Part shown: one piece after another, positions 48,817 to 62,292 of the stretch
How positions within the stretch are numbered: the stretch's first letter is position 1
How the letters are laid out: every line of letters begins with the position of its first letter
Source of the DNA: a virus
Length of the DNA: 64,000 nucleotides
Reading direction: 5' to 3' (one strand)
IMG/VR virus record: IMGVR_UViG_3300045988_113151
Position numbers and translations under genes: made by a program
The notes under the pieces: generated by a model
What the model saw: the letters and a program-made list of their open reading frames with translations, nothing else
The model's database searches: none
What the model was told of the DNA's origin: nothing

Positions 48817-49539
48817 ATGACAGAAAGATAGATGCAAATAGAAGTAGAACGTAGACTACAACTAATGGACCCAAGTCTAGTAGTAGAGAACAAATTAAGT
48901 TCCGATACTATTATAGCATTCATCAATGAAGCAATAGATAAATACTATAAGACTAGATATTCTGGAATAAATTTTAAACAGTAGGGATTTGAACAGACTC
49001 AAAAACGTATAGACGATCTACGTACTTTAGTAAAATCTAAAGTATTCTCTAACGAGATCAATGAGTAGGACAATACTTATACTGTTACACTACCTTCTGA
49101 TTATGTATTATTACTTGGTGATACTGCTGGTATAACTCCTAAAGGCATCAATGATTGCTGGGAGAAAGACAATAAAGGAGATTATAAAGTAAAATATACA
49201 GATACATTAGAATCTACTATTGAAACTATAGATAGGCAATTGAGTAATACTTTATCAGAACATAAATTAAAATACTGTTCAGCTAGACCTTTAAAACTAA
49301 TCCATGATAATAGTATAACTTTATATACAGATGGTAATTATAAAGTAAGTAATTATAAGATAACTTACTTATCTAAACCTGCTAAGATAAATGCAAGTAA
49401 TATTACTAATACTGAATATACTAGTTTACCTGAACATACTCACTTAGAAATAGTAAAGATAGCTATACAGTTATACTTAGCTACCAAGCCTATGTAGAAT
49501 TACTCGGTATACTCCAACGAGGTTAATCAAATGGAGTAA
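48817..49539 (+). CDS. hypothetical head-completion/connector-like protein (in-frame TAGs)
   Basis: The manual start MTER-TAG-MQIEVERRLQ... is in frame with fragment 49240-49497. It ends at TAA 49537. Confidence 0.5.
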
Positions 49540-49638
49540 ATAAATTAATGCGCTTGTTGACGTGGAAATCTGCAATAAGGAAAGTAGAAGACAAGCAGAC
49601 TAGCGCTAAGTCTAATAATTAATTATTTTTATAGATAT

Positions 49639-50619
49639 ATGATAACTAGAGTTGACACCGTACTTATCGGTAAAAATTGTCCAGGATCTTACACTAATAT
49701 TGATTCCTTGGCTGCTGGTGATGTTGCTTTATTTGATAAAAATAAGGTATTGATCAAATCTGCTGCTGAAGCAGTTAAAGCTTCTGCTGTATACATTGGT
49801 GTATGTGATAAGAAAGTAAACATCACACTTCCTAATGGTAATCCAGCTTCAAAAAATATTTTTGAATATTCAAACATTATTCAGAAAGCATCTAAACCTT
49901 CATACGTAATTGGTAAATACGAAGCTCCTGCTTAGGAAAAGATTGAAATTGATTTTACTAATGCTTCTGTTGTTATTGGTCACAGATACGTTCTTCGTAT
50001 TGTTTACAAGGATGTTTATGAAGCTCCAGGTCAGTTCACTCATACTTATGAAGCTATTGCAACATCTGAAACTGCTGACGATCTTGGTAATGCATTGCTG
50101 AAGAAGATCAATGCTCACGCTAATCGTCGTATCACAGCATCTTTCTCAGCACATAAACTTACTTTAACAGCTATGGAAAAAGATGACAATGAAGGAGTAA
50201 ACTCATTGAATGAATATTCAATTGTATCCATGTCTGCTTCTTTATATGTTACTATCCCTGGTGCTTTGTTATCTAATGTACCTGAATCAGTACCTGGTGT
50301 TGTTATTAAAGACATTGAAGGCAAACCTGGTAAAGGTTACTGGAAACAAGTTCGTGATGCTGAAGTACGTATGATGGGTTATAAAGGTATCGTAATGACA
50401 GGTGCTTATCCTGCTGTTGAATAGGATAGAAAAGTATCTGAAGGTACTACATACGATTACGTTACTATTGAAAACGATAACTTGTATTTGAGTCCCGATA
50501 ACCAGTACATCAAAACTACTCCGCTTACTACCGAATTGTATGTAGAAGCTGGTAGCTTGAGTGATTCTGTATTTGCTAAAGCTTTGAAGTCATTTGTTAC
50601 TGGTGTTGTTGCTGAGTAA
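49639..50619 (+). CDS. abundant virion protein candidate (auxiliary capsid or tail-tube-like), two in-frame TAG
   Basis: Fragments 49639 and 50095 share a frame. Codon usage resembles the capsid gene, and a strong terminator follows. Confidence 0.5.
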
Positions 50620-50656
50620 TTTAACAACAAAATAACGGTTTCTTTATTTAAAACCT

Positions 50657-50693
50657 GGCGAGGTTGAGGTTTATCCTCGGCTTCGCCTTTTTA
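50657..50693 (+). terminator. intrinsic terminator
   Basis: ggcgaggttgagg-tttat-cctcggcttcgcc, followed by TTTTTAATTTT. Confidence 0.7.
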
Positions 50694-50704
50694 ATTTTAT
50701 AGAT

Positions 50705-51238
50705 ATGAAAATAATTAATGCTGTATTAAAAGATAACAATCTTACTATAACTTTAGATGCTAATGCTAATGTTAGTAAGGTGTACTTAGATTCTGTATTG
50801 AATCAAAACAATATGTACTCTGATGAAGATACTAAACACACACATACTATAACTGACATAGCTATAGAGGATAATGAAATTATTGTTGACGTTAGTGAGT
50901 ATGAAGAAACTTCTTTTATTGTGAGCGTTTTAACTACAAACGGAGATAGAGACGAAATCATAGCAATAGACCAACAAGAGTTGTACTTAGCTAAGGTAAA
51001 TCTATTGAATGCTTACTGTAGCACATGCTTAGATAAACATCAAAAACATGTTATAACGATGTGTGATTTTAAATCACAATTATTAAACTATGCTTTAGAT
51101 AATAATCTTACTGAAGATGCTATAAGTCATTATATTGATTTAAGTAGATTATTAGGCATGCACAGTTGTCATAATTGCAGTAAGTGTACTAATAATAGAA
51201 TATGTAATAAATGTTGTAATGGAATGTGTGCGTTATGA
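50705..51238 (+). CDS. hypothetical protein with Cys-rich C-terminus
   Basis: CSTCLDKHQKH...CHNCSKCTNNRICNKCCNGMC. Confidence 0.55.
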   Translation: MKIINAVLKDNNLTITLDANANVSKVYLDSVLNQNNMYSDEDTKHTHTITDIAIEDNEIIVDVSEYEETSFIVSVLTTNGDRDEIIAIDQQELYLAKVNLLNAYCSTCLDKHQKHVITMCDFKSQLLNYALDNNLTEDAISHYIDLSRLLGMHSCHNCSKCTNNRICNKCCNGMCAL

Positions 51239-51774
51239 TAAAAGGAGAATATAAAACTGCATGTAGGCTAAAAGAATAGACTAAGTATAATATTGACTAT
51301 GATAGCTGTCAAATACTTAATTTAACTTGTGCTAATTACATATATGATTTAATTTAGCAGTCTACTAAATATGAAATAAGTTTAGAATCTATAAAGAAAA
51401 TGTTAGCTATGATATATGAACTACTAGGTCATGAAATAAAATATACTATTCCGCAATATATTGGAGATAAAAAGGAGTGCTATTATGGAGTTGTAGCTAA
51501 TGACTTTGTAACAGATTCTGAGAATATAAAACAATTAAGTAGTGTATTTCAAAGTTCTAATAATTTTACTGATATTTTTAGTACCAACTATCAAAAAATA
51601 CTATATGCATACCCTAGTGAGTTTGGGGATATTAGTAGTATTAAAGATTAGAATCAATTTGAAATAAGAGAGTCATTTGAAAAGAAAACAGTAATCATAG
51701 ATAATATACAATACAATGTGTATATATTAAAAGATGCGAGTTCTGTTGATAATTATAAAATATATTTTGTATGA
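51235..51774 (+). CDS. hypothetical protein (in-frame TAGs)
   Basis: The manual start MIKGEYKTACRLKE-TAG-... is in frame with fragment 51400-51651. It ends at TGA 51772. Confidence 0.45.
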
Positions 51775-54700
51775 TACAAGTAGCTGATAATTTTAATTAT
51801 AAAAGTATGAAAGACTACTCGGATAATAATATAGATGAAGGTCATATATCATATTGCATAGAAACTGATAAACATTATAAGTTCAATTCAAATAACGATA
51901 TAGATTCTACTACTGGTAAGTTTAGAGAGTTTATAGAAGGAGTATTACCTGATGAAGAAGATATAACATCAAACAACGATGATAAGTTAAAGTTTGCAGA
52001 TAGAAAGTACAATCCTGAGAAGTTTAGCGGTAAAGGCTACAAAATACTTAGAAAGAACATACAAGATGGTAAGAACATACTATCACAAAGTATGATAAAC
52101 CAACAGAATACTGTATATGAAATTAGATATGATTATGATCTGGATAACTAGGAAATTACTATACCTGAAGGTAGTACTTTGAAGTTTGAAGGTGGTAGTT
52201 TAAGTAATGGTACATTAATAAATTGTAGTAGTATAGACGGAAATAAAGTTTTCAGAAACATTAAGCTAGACAATAGTGTAAATGTAGATAATCTTTCAGA
52301 TTCTATTTTCGGAAATGACTATATAATAGTCAATAACGAATTAGAGTTACAGTAGGCTATACAACATTTTAATGAAAGTAATTTGAATATTACTATATAT
52401 ATAAGAAATAATATATATAGCAGTGGATTAAATATAACAAATAAGATAAATACTTTAAAGATAATTGGAGGTAAAATTATATACTCTAAGTAGATTATAA
52501 ATATAACTAAACAAAATTCAGAAACTCCTACACATTATATAGTAAAATTATCTTCAGATTATAGCATAATGGATCAATTTCAAAGCGACAATAAACTTTT
52601 ATATTGTGGTGAAAATGATACATACATGTTAAATGACAAGATGAAAGCTTATAATATAAGTTCTAACATAGAAATTGATAATTTATACGAGTCTGTTACT
52701 AATGAAGATGTATATATAAGAGCTAAAATAGATAATGATCTTTATACAAAATTAGGTGATTTAGATGTTGAAGATTGCAGAAACTTAATATTTACATATA
52801 CATCAGCTTGGGTAAATTTTTATGTTAATGTGCACCATATATCTGAGGGATATCTATATTTTAAAAATATTATAAATGACTCAGATGTTTATAATATGTA
52901 TATTAATGGAGACTGGTCACACAATACTAAAGCTAGATATAAAATATTAAACTCTATCAAACTATTGACTTCTGATACAATTTGTGTAGATAAGAATAAT
53001 AATTTGTATATACCTAAATATATAACTAATGTTTATTACACAGATAAAGGAAGTTATATTATAAACGGCTCATCTAATCTAGAAATATATAATTGTGAAT
53101 TTTTTGGTGGTGATATCCAAATAAACAATAGCAATAATTTAACAGTGGAATCATGTACATTTAGTAATTGCTATTAGAGTATTGTTATACCAGCTAACTC
53201 CTCAAATAAAATTAGTATACAAAATAGTAACTTCACAGATATTTACAAAGAAGGCATTTTTGTAAGCAACGGCAATGACAATTGCAATATTATTAATAAT
53301 TACTTTAAAAATACAGGAATTATAATATATAATGATGGCGCTAGTATAAATGTTAATTCTGATAATTGTTATATATATAATAATAAAATAGTTAATACAT
53401 ATACTGGTATTAGAGTAGGTAATACTAGGTCATTTTCATCTTATAATATAAGTGCGGGTATATATCATAATGAAATAATAATAGAAGAAGATTTTATAAA
53501 TGGTAATAACAGTCTCAATGACTTAGGCGTTATTTATATTTTTACCCATCAAAATGGACATAATCCTTTAGGAGATGGAACAATAGTCAAAGAAAATATT
53601 ATAATAAACAAATCTTCTTCAAATAATGCAAATGGCATATATTTTGATGATGGAGCTTATAATTCTTCTGCTATAGGCAATTATATTAAGGGGTTCTCTA
53701 TAGGTCTAACTTCTAGAACTGTAGAAAGTACCTCTACTCCAAACAATAACCTAAATAAGAATAATAAATTTGAATACAATATTATTATAGAAGGTATAAT
53801 AGTTATAGGTGGTAGAACTGATAAAATTAATTTACCTGTAGTATATTCTAATATTATTTTTACTAAAACCAAATTAATTAATATTTTTACTAACTTAAAC
53901 GAATAGAACAATAGCGTTCTTCTATGTAATTATTATAGATTAAATGGTGATACTATATATGTTCCTAAATCTTTAATAAGTTACTTATGTAGTTATATTG
54001 GATTAAGCTCTTTTATTTCTAAGAAATTATTAGATATTAGAGCAGATAGAGAAGCTGGTTATTTAACTAAAGTAGAGCTTCCAGTTGATTGCGAATTCCA
54101 ATATCTAAACGATTCTAGTATTAGTTATAAATATGTTGTAACACGATTCAAATTATCTTATGAAGATTCTAAAAGTACCACAATATATAAATTAAGTATT
54201 AATAGTGACGTATTCAATCTTGCTGGTGAAGTAAGAACTAGATATATTTCAGATAGATGGTATGTAGATTTTGTTCCTGTTAGTATATCTACTTTTATAA
54301 ATTTAATAGAATATAAAATAGATAATACGTATTTATATATTAGATTTAGCGCTAATACTGAACTTTTAAATAGTGCTTTTTCCAGTGAATTATATTCAAA
54401 AATATGGAATTAGTTATTGTTTGGCTATTGTACAGCTATGAAACCCACTTCTACTTTATAGGGTAAAAGTGATGACAGTACTGATATATCTTATATTCAA
54501 TCTTATTGTTTTCAGCAAGAGGCTCTTTATATGAAAGCATATTATGAGAATGAAGACGATGGCGAATGGAAATCTCTATTCAACTCATCTTATTATTTCT
54601 CTAGAAATAATAATAATATATTTATTGAAGGCAAAGATAAAGCTAAATTGTTATTATTTTCTTATAGTACAGCTGCAAATCCAGATGTAGTATATCAATT

Positions 54701-54980
54701 TGCTAGCAAAGATTTAGGCATTAGGAAAAACATATCTAAATTTTATTTTAAAGATAATAATTCTTTAAAATATTATAATGACGGTACTGTATATAATATA
54801 AACGGTGATATAGATAATACTAGAGGCACTTTTGCTTAGAAACCAACTTAGGGTATACAAACAGGTTTTGCTTACTTCTGTACTGATAAGCAGACAACTG
54901 AAGGTTCTAGAGATGGTATTATGATTTATTATGCTGGAGATAACACTTGGGTAGATGCTCTTGGTAGAATAGTTAGTTAA
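51771..54980 (+). CDS. tail fibre/tailspike with right-handed beta-helix-like repeats (1069 codons, about 9 TAG)
   Basis: Fragments 51771, 52569 and 54531 share a frame. It has repetitive N/I/G-rich segments such as NSNFTDIYKEGIFVSNGNDNCNIINNYFKNTGIIIYNDGASINV. It ends at TAA 54978. Confidence 0.65.
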
Positions 54981-55001
54981 CAAACTAAATAAGATATTAA
55001 T

Positions 55002-58000
55002 ATGGCACAGTATGCAACTAAAGATGAATTAAATGAACTAGTAGTACTAGTAAGAAATCTTCAAGGTGATATTAATACTCTAGATACTAGTGTAGGCGAG
55101 CTTGACACACTAGTAGAGAGAATTAACCATCTAGCTACCTTGAAAGATGTTACTATTACCTATATAACTGAAGGAGACCTACTATAGTACTCTAGTGATG
55201 GTACATGGCATAATATACAACCATCAGCTTTAGGTATTGGAGGTGAAGGAGGTGGTGGTATTGTTGATACTTCCGTAGTTAAAGCAATGATTAAACAAGA
55301 AGGATCTAAACTGTTCCTTAGTAAACTACAGGATGATCAAGCTGCTGGAATTATTACCTTCAATAATGGTTTAGTAAGTAATAAAATGACTTATTTAAAA
55401 GAAGGTGTACAAATAGGTCATTTCGTATCAGGTATGATTGGTGGTACAGGAGCTCAAATAGACAAGGATGGTAGAGGTGAAATGACCAGTTTGATCCTTA
55501 GAGAGTTTCTAGAAGTACCTGAGTTGAGATTTAACAAGATAGATGTTGTTAGTGGTGAATTATGGAACTCTATAGCATTTGGTACTATTGAAGATGTAGA
55601 TATAGCAAACTAGATTGTTACTGTTAAACTAGAAGAAGGTGAATATAGCGGCATCAAAGTAAATGATATATGTAGAGGTATATTCCACAATTTAGGTTCT
55701 GGTAATGATACAGAGTCAAAACCTGATGAGAATGGCTTTGATACAGTAGCTGGTTTCAGTACGTCTTACTTTACACCTATTGAAGTATTAGACTCTTTTG
55801 GTAAGTAGTTTAGATATACTTTAAAACCTGGTACTACACAACATCCTAGTAAGTCAATGAAGTTCGTTGTATATGGTAACTTTACAGACCCTAATAGACG
55901 ATCTAGTGCATATGCAACAAGAACATACAAAAGATACTTAAAAGACGTAAATACATGGCAAATAGACTGGACTAATATTGCATCATAGTTTGGTTTACTA
56001 GACGGTCTTAATATACCAGGTGGACCTAATGATGGTAATCTTACTGGTGATGGTGCTTATCTTACTAATGTATATATGACAGGTGCACTTATTCAGTTTA
56101 CTCCTGAATAGATGGATGAAATGAAAGGTCATGATGCATATTCAGTATCATTAAGTAGAGAAACAGCTACTATTATACTTGATAACAATTTAAATATTAT
56201 TGATGAGTATAATCAGTTAAGTCAATTGACATTTGCTATTCAAGCATTTAAAGGTCCAGTAGAATTAGCATATAGTGATGTATACGGTGAAGGTACATAC
56301 TTCGTAGAGTATGAAGCCACTGGTCTTAAGTGTACTATGAGTAATGGAGTATTTAGAATTACTGAAATTACTAATGTTAGTGACATGCGAATAAAGATCA
56401 CTGTAAACTGTGAAGGATTAGCTTTATTTAAAAAGGAATTCTTACTTAATTATCAGTTAGAAGGTGATGCTTTATGGGTAACGTATAATGATAATGATGC
56501 AGTACCTAACAGACCTACTGGTAGAGGTGAAACTGATGGTTGGCATAGAAACTATACAGCCAGTGCTATATGGATGTCAACTAAGAGTTCTAGAAGAATT
56601 GATGAAGGTGAATGGGGAGATCCAGTAAGATTCGTAGGAGCTTCTGTACAGGGTGAAGATGGTCAGTATACAGTATTCTGTTATACTAATTCTAGTGTAC
56701 AACCAGAAACACCTACAAGTACATAGATACCCCCTTCTGATTCATTAACTACTTGGTATATGTATCCACCAGAAAGAGAAAGTACAGATGTATTTACTTG
56801 GATGACTCAAGCTACAGTATATGCAGATAAATCATTATCTGGTTGGACTAAACCTATTAGAATTACAGGTGAAACTGGTGAAGATGGTTCTGATGGTACT
56901 AAGATAGAATTTATATATACTTTGTTTACTCCTACTAATGATAAACCAAGACCTGATACTCCATCTACTAGTCAATAGGATGATTACATACCATTTGGAT
57001 GGTCTGATAATCCACAAGGTGTATCTAAAGAAAAACAGTATGAGTGGATAAGTACACGTGAAAAGAAATCAGCTAAGTTAGGTGAAGGATATTGGGGTGA
57101 ATTTTCATAGCCAGTTGTATGGTCTAAATGGGGAGAAAAAGGTATGGATGGAGATGGTTATGAGTACATATATACTCGTACTTCTGATGTAGATAAAGTT
57201 CCAGCAACCCCTTCTTCTATACAATAGAATGATTATATACCTACTGTATCAAATGGAGGTTCTACAGATTATGATTGGTCTGATGATCCTAAAGGAGTAA
57301 GTGAGACATATAAAGCAGAATGGACATGTAAACGTGTAAGAACTGATGGTGTATGGTCTGACTTTAGTACTCCAGCGTTATGGTCTAACTGGGGAGAGCA
57401 AGGCTTATCAGGAGGTCATTACCAATATAGATGGAAAGTGTCAAGTACTAAACCTTCTACTACTCCAGATAACGATTCTTCATGGTCTACTAATAGTGAA
57501 CAAGCTATTGAGAAAGGTCAATATGTGTGGTAGATTCAACGATTTGTTAATCCAGATGGTACTACTACTGAGTGGAACAATATAATTAGATTAACTGGTG
57601 CTGACGGTAAAGATGGTGAAGATGGTAATAGTATCGAATTCTTATATGCTCGTAATAGTACAGGTAAGATACCACAAAAACCAGCTGATAATCAAATTGA
57701 TGATTGGACAGGTACTGGACCAGATGGTACAGAATGGACTGATAATCCACAAGGAGTTACACCTAATATAATTTATGAGTATGTATGTCAGCGTTATAAG
57801 GATAAAGCTACTCAATTATGGGAACCTTATTCCAATCCTGGTATATGGGCTAGATATACTGAAAGAGGTAAAGATGGTGATGGATATGAATATATCTATA
57901 TAAGACAATCTACATGGAAATCTCAAGGTCAATTGAATCCTAGCTCAGACCCAGTATATATAACAGATGGCAATATATACCCACCAGCAGATGTAGAGTC

Positions 58001-59624
58001 AGACGCTTATCAAACTGATGACTATGTTCCTGTCGGTTATTCTGACAATCCAGAAACTGTAAACAGTTAGATAAGATATCAGTATATGTGGGCTAGAAAG
58101 AAAGAAGGTGGTAAATGGCAAGCTTGGAAGAACGGTTCATTGTGGACTAACTTTGCAGTAGATGGTGAATAGGGTGAGCCTGGTGAACCTGGTACTCCAG
58201 GAGGTAGTATAACAGTTAGCGGTGCTCCAGCTTCTATTAGATCTAGATTAGGTTTCTTACAAACTACTAATTGTACTTTAAGAGCTATTCGTACTAATAC
58301 TTCTGGTATTACTCAATCTGCAAGTGGTAATTATGCTGTTTACTATAAAAGTAGTTCTAGTGGTAGTTGGTCTAAAGCCGATAGTGGTTCAGGTACTAGT
58401 TACTAGTTATCTTGGTCTTCTAGTTTAAATGCCGAATATTTCTGGTTTGGATTTAGTACAGATGTAACTCCTAGTCCTACAGGTACGTATAATGTATGGA
58501 GTGTTGAAGTACCAGTAGTATATGACGGTAAAGATGGTTCTGACGGATCTGATGGTTCTGACGCAGATTCTAGTTATACTCTTATGAGAGATTGTGGTGT
58601 TTGGAACTCTGGAGCATATTATTATAATGATAAAGCTACTAGCGCTATGAACAGTAGTGAGTATATTAAATATCAGAATTATAATAATATGTATGTAGTG
58701 GATTATGTAGTATGGCAAGGCGTTACTTACTTAGCTAAGACAAACCACAGTAATGTTCAACCACCTAACTCTTCATATTGGGAAACTTCATCTAAAGTAA
58801 CAGCTTTGACTGTTAACAATCTATTAGCCAATAATGCTAAACTAGGAGAGTTTAATTTTAGTGGAAACACATTTACATCATCTACTGGTACATTATCTCT
58901 TAATAGTTATAATGGCGAATTATGGTGTAGTAGTGCTCATATAAATGGTGTAATTCATGCAACAAGCGGCTCGTTTACTGGTACAGTAAATGCAACAAGT
59001 GGTACGTTTAATGATATTACTGTATAGTCTGGTAATATAGCTGGCTTTAAAATATCAGGAAATAATTTGGTTAATAATGCTACAAATGCTAGTATACAAT
59101 TCTCATTAACTGGTAGTCAATTTTTGCAGATAAATAATAGTTCTTACACAGGTCTTATAGATGTACGTAGAGATGGAGGTACAGCTATTAGAGCTCAAGC
59201 TTATGGAAGCAATTCAACTGGTTTATCAGTTGCTGCTCAAGCAGGTTATGCTACTAGCGTTAAAGCAATAGACTCTATTGGTAGTTGTCAGTTTGTAACT
59301 AGAGACTCAGAAAGAATATTAATAAACGGTTTATGTGTTAATACTGTAACAGTAACTAGCAGTTATAATGCTAAAACTAGCGATGACTTTATAGTATGTA
59401 ATAATACTGGTGCTATTACCATTAGTCTCCCTAGTGTAGGAACATTCTATAAAGGTAAGATATATTACATAAAACCTACCAATACAGGTAACTGGACCGT
59501 TAGTGGTGGTATCAGGTTAGCTGACCAAAGAGGTACAAAATACTCTCAATCGTATAGTGATAATAAGATAAGAGGATTTATATTTGATGGTAGCTATTGG
59601 AATGAAATGTTCTTTAGTAATTAA
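55002..59624 (+). CDS. giant tail fibre protein (1540 codons, at least 14 TAG) with internal repeat modules
   Basis: Fragments 55002, 55287, 56112, 56760, 58584 and 59067 share a frame. Modules of the type DDYIPFGWSDNPQGVS..YEW recur about five times. There is a short collagen-like GEQGEPGEPGTPGG segment. Confidence 0.7.
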
Positions 59625-59631
59625 TAAATGT

Positions 59632-59934
59632 ATGAAAATAGATTTTAATAAATTAAAAGTATATACAGGGTTAGACAAAAAGGAATGTGTACTAACACAA
59701 GCTGCAAAAGAACTAGCAGATGGTCTTTATAAGACAGCTATGGGAATATCTGGTTATGCTTTAGCATTAAAATTATATAATAGCAAAGGTGAGGAAGAGT
59801 ACACTGAAGAAGAATTTAGTATGATTATGAACTATGCCAATAAATACGGTACTCCATTTTTCATTGATGCATTACAAAGGTTAAAGGAAGATGAAAGATC
59901 AAATGATTTAGAATCAACTGAAACTAATGAGTGA
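59632..59934 (+). CDS. hypothetical protein
   Basis: The start is set at MKIDFNKLKVY because the longer ORF-track start overlaps the fibre gene. Confidence 0.5.
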   Translation: MKIDFNKLKVYTGLDKKECVLTQAAKELADGLYKTAMGISGYALALKLYNSKGEEEYTEEEFSMIMNYANKYGTPFFIDALQRLKEDERSNDLESTETNE

Positions 59935-60109
59935 TAGAGAACTGCTAGAGGGCATCTATATGATGCTCTTAGCAGTTATGCAAGAACAATATATAAGTGA
60001 TAGTAAACAGTTTGGCATAAATATGATAGCTGATTTACTAGTTGATAATATATCTAGGAGCAGAGAAAGAAATGAAAAAGATAACATTGCAACACGTATT
60101 AGGGAATAA
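59927..60109 (+). CDS. hypothetical protein
   Basis: ORF track. Confidence 0.4.
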   Translation: MSDRELLEGIYMMLLAVMQEQYISDSKQFGINMIADLLVDNISRSRERNEKDNIATRIRE

Positions 60110-60203
60110 GATACTAGAGTATGATGTTGATGATAGAGGTGTAATCGTTGATGAAAGAGAAAAAGATCGCTATGCTAAGCAGTAGGATAGTAAGGAGAAA
60201 TTA

Positions 60204-61211
60204 ATGTCTAACTGGATTAAAGAGCATATCGTTTTCTACTATGACGTAAAGAAGCAAGGTGCGACCAACGAAACATTGAAGGAGTCTGCTTACTTGCAGG
60301 ACTTGTCGGGTAAAGGGAGGAGGATGAAATTAAATAACTTCTTGTTTGCCGAAATGAGTGGTGTTGGAGGATACAACGACAACTTTAGTAATTGGAGAAC
60401 AGATTCAAACAATGGAGTCGTAAAAATAGAATCGGACTCATCAATTGTAATACAATCCGTAAAAATAGAATATAGAGGAGCATTATATCAAGATAGTACT
60501 AAAAAAGCAACTTTAAAATGTAATATTACAGGGATAACGGAAGAACTTAAAGGTAAGTTAATCTTTAGATACACAGATGCAGAAGGTGACAAAAATATTA
60601 CATTGGAAAATGGATACTTTGAGTTCAACTCGAGTGAATACGAAGGATTATCCGGGTGGTATGGGTTTAGTTCCAAGCAGCCTATAGACAACTGCAACAT
60701 CACCATTACTCAGATACCCGAATATCCCGGTGCATTAGTGACAGATGGTGTAGATGATTACGGATTGGTAGAGAATCTGAGTAGTGGAGTGAAGATGCTG
60801 TTTATGACGGTTAATCCGATAGGGGACTTTAACATTGGTAAGATGTACTACTCGCAAAGACATAACCCGATAGATATCACTCCATTCTATATCTTTACAG
60901 GCGGTACTAATAATATTGCTTATGCAGGAAATAGGGATGGTGTAACTTATATTAACGGAGTATTAAACAAGTCTATTACGTATAATGAATTGTTTGGAGT
61001 GAAACATACAATTACGACTGTAAACGATAACGTTAAGCCTGAGACAAGTAAAGCTCCTTCTTTCTTTTGGGGAGAAGGGAACACTAAGAATTATTGCTCC
61101 AGACTCGCCTTCTACAACTCCATAGCCTTTGACTCCATACCAACAGAGGCAGACGGATTCACAGAGCAAGAATTAATTGATTACGTAATTGATAAATATG
61201 AATTAAAATGA
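60204..61211 (+). CDS. LamG/concanavalin-like domain protein (possible receptor-binding accessory), TAG-free and higher GC
   Basis: PGALVTDGVDDYGLVEN resembles the LamG-type FDGxDDY motif. Codon usage is distinct (ggg, agg, ccc, ctc). Confidence 0.5.
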   Translation: MSNWIKEHIVFYYDVKKQGATNETLKESAYLQDLSGKGRRMKLNNFLFAEMSGVGGYNDNFSNWRTDSNNGVVKIESDSSIVIQSVKIEYRGALYQDSTKKATLKCNITGITEELKGKLIFRYTDAEGDKNITLENGYFEFNSSEYEGLSGWYGFSSKQPIDNCNITITQIPEYPGALVTDGVDDYGLVENLSSGVKMLFMTVNPIGDFNIGKMYYSQRHNPIDITPFYIFTGGTNNIAYAGNRDGVTYINGVLNKSITYNELFGVKHTITTVNDNVKPETSKAPSFFWGEGNTKNYCSRLAFYNSIAFDSIPTEADGFTEQELIDYVIDKYELK

Positions 61212-61432
61212 GATACGTTATAGTAACAATAGAATGGTGCTTGGAACACGGTATAGTAGTTCCTGAACACGCAAGAAAGAATATTGATGGTACTAAAGTA
61301 ATCTTACACGAAGATTGGTTAAAACCTATTCTTTATAGAGAAGATGAAAAGCAAGTAGAATCTTACTTCTATGACAGTAAAGAATTAAATGATATTCTTA
61401 ACACTGAAGAGTGGAATGGAAAGGAGGAGTAA
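61208..61432 (+). CDS. hypothetical protein
   Basis: ORF track. Confidence 0.45.
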   Translation: MRYVIVTIEWCLEHGIVVPEHARKNIDGTKVILHEDWLKPILYREDEKQVESYFYDSKELNDILNTEEWNGKEE

Positions 61433-61890
61433 TGGATAGAAATAAGTTAATTGAAGAAGTTAGTAAATACTTCAACATAAAAGAACTAGTATGTCCTCAT
61501 TGTTATAATAAGTTTAAAGATAACTCATGGTAGTTCATATCAACCGAGTTACTAAGTACTTTATATGTATTAAGAACTGTAGTAATAAATAAACCAATGG
61601 TAATTAATACTTGGGCTACTAATGGTAGTTATAGTCAGAGAGGTTTAAGATGTAACATGTGTTAGTTAGTAAAGAGTAAAACTAGTATATACATGTCAGC
61701 TCATAGTTTAGGTAAAGCTATAGACTTTCATGTACCTGGTATGGATGCAGAATCTGTTAGAAATCTTATAAGAGCTAACGTAGATAAATTCGAGTATCCT
61801 ATAAGAATAGAGAAGGATACGAATTGGATTCATATCGATAATTACCAGCAAAAGGGCTCTTCTAACAAACTTTCTGAGTTTGTAGGATAA
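61432..61890 (+). CDS. peptidase M15 family endolysin (two in-frame TAG)
   Basis: The manual start MDRNKLIEEVSKYFNIKELVCPHC... is in frame with fragment 61693-61890. Motifs: SAHSLGKAIDF and NWIHID. Confidence 0.7.
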
Positions 61891-61942
61891 GTTAATCAAT
61901 TACACATAGAAAGTGTCTTAAAACGCCTTAAAATGCGTCATT

Positions 61943-62272
61943 ATGGAAAAGCAAACAATATTATATAATATATTATATATTGATGAAAGAGCTAAGAATC
62001 TAATACCAGAAGTAGTAGATGCTTGGAATATTACTCCACATAGATTTAGTAAAAGTGGTGAATCAGTATCATTAAAGTTAAATGATACTATAGAAGAAAT
62101 TAAAGGTTACAGTACTTCAGATTTTGTAGATATAGAAGTTACTAGAAAAAGTATTATTATTACTTTACAACCTAATACTACTCAAGGATCTAGATAGGCT
62201 AGAATTACTTTAAGTATAGGTGGTAGGGAACATTCTACTAAACTGTTGCAATTTGTAATACACTAGAATTGA
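61943..62272 (+). CDS. hypothetical protein (TAG at 62195; end ambiguous, TAG 62264 or TGA 62270)
   Basis: The ORF-track fragment plus an in-frame continuation ARITLSIGGREHSTKLLQFVIH. Confidence 0.45.
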
Positions 62273-62292
62273 TAATTGTAAAATATACGTAT

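Noticed and set aside
36743-59624. The idea that the TAG-interrupted late genes are pseudogenes or sequencing errors.
   Set aside because: The interruptions are exclusively TAG and always in frame. They occur dozens of times, spare TAA and TGA, and coincide with a tRNA(CUA) gene.
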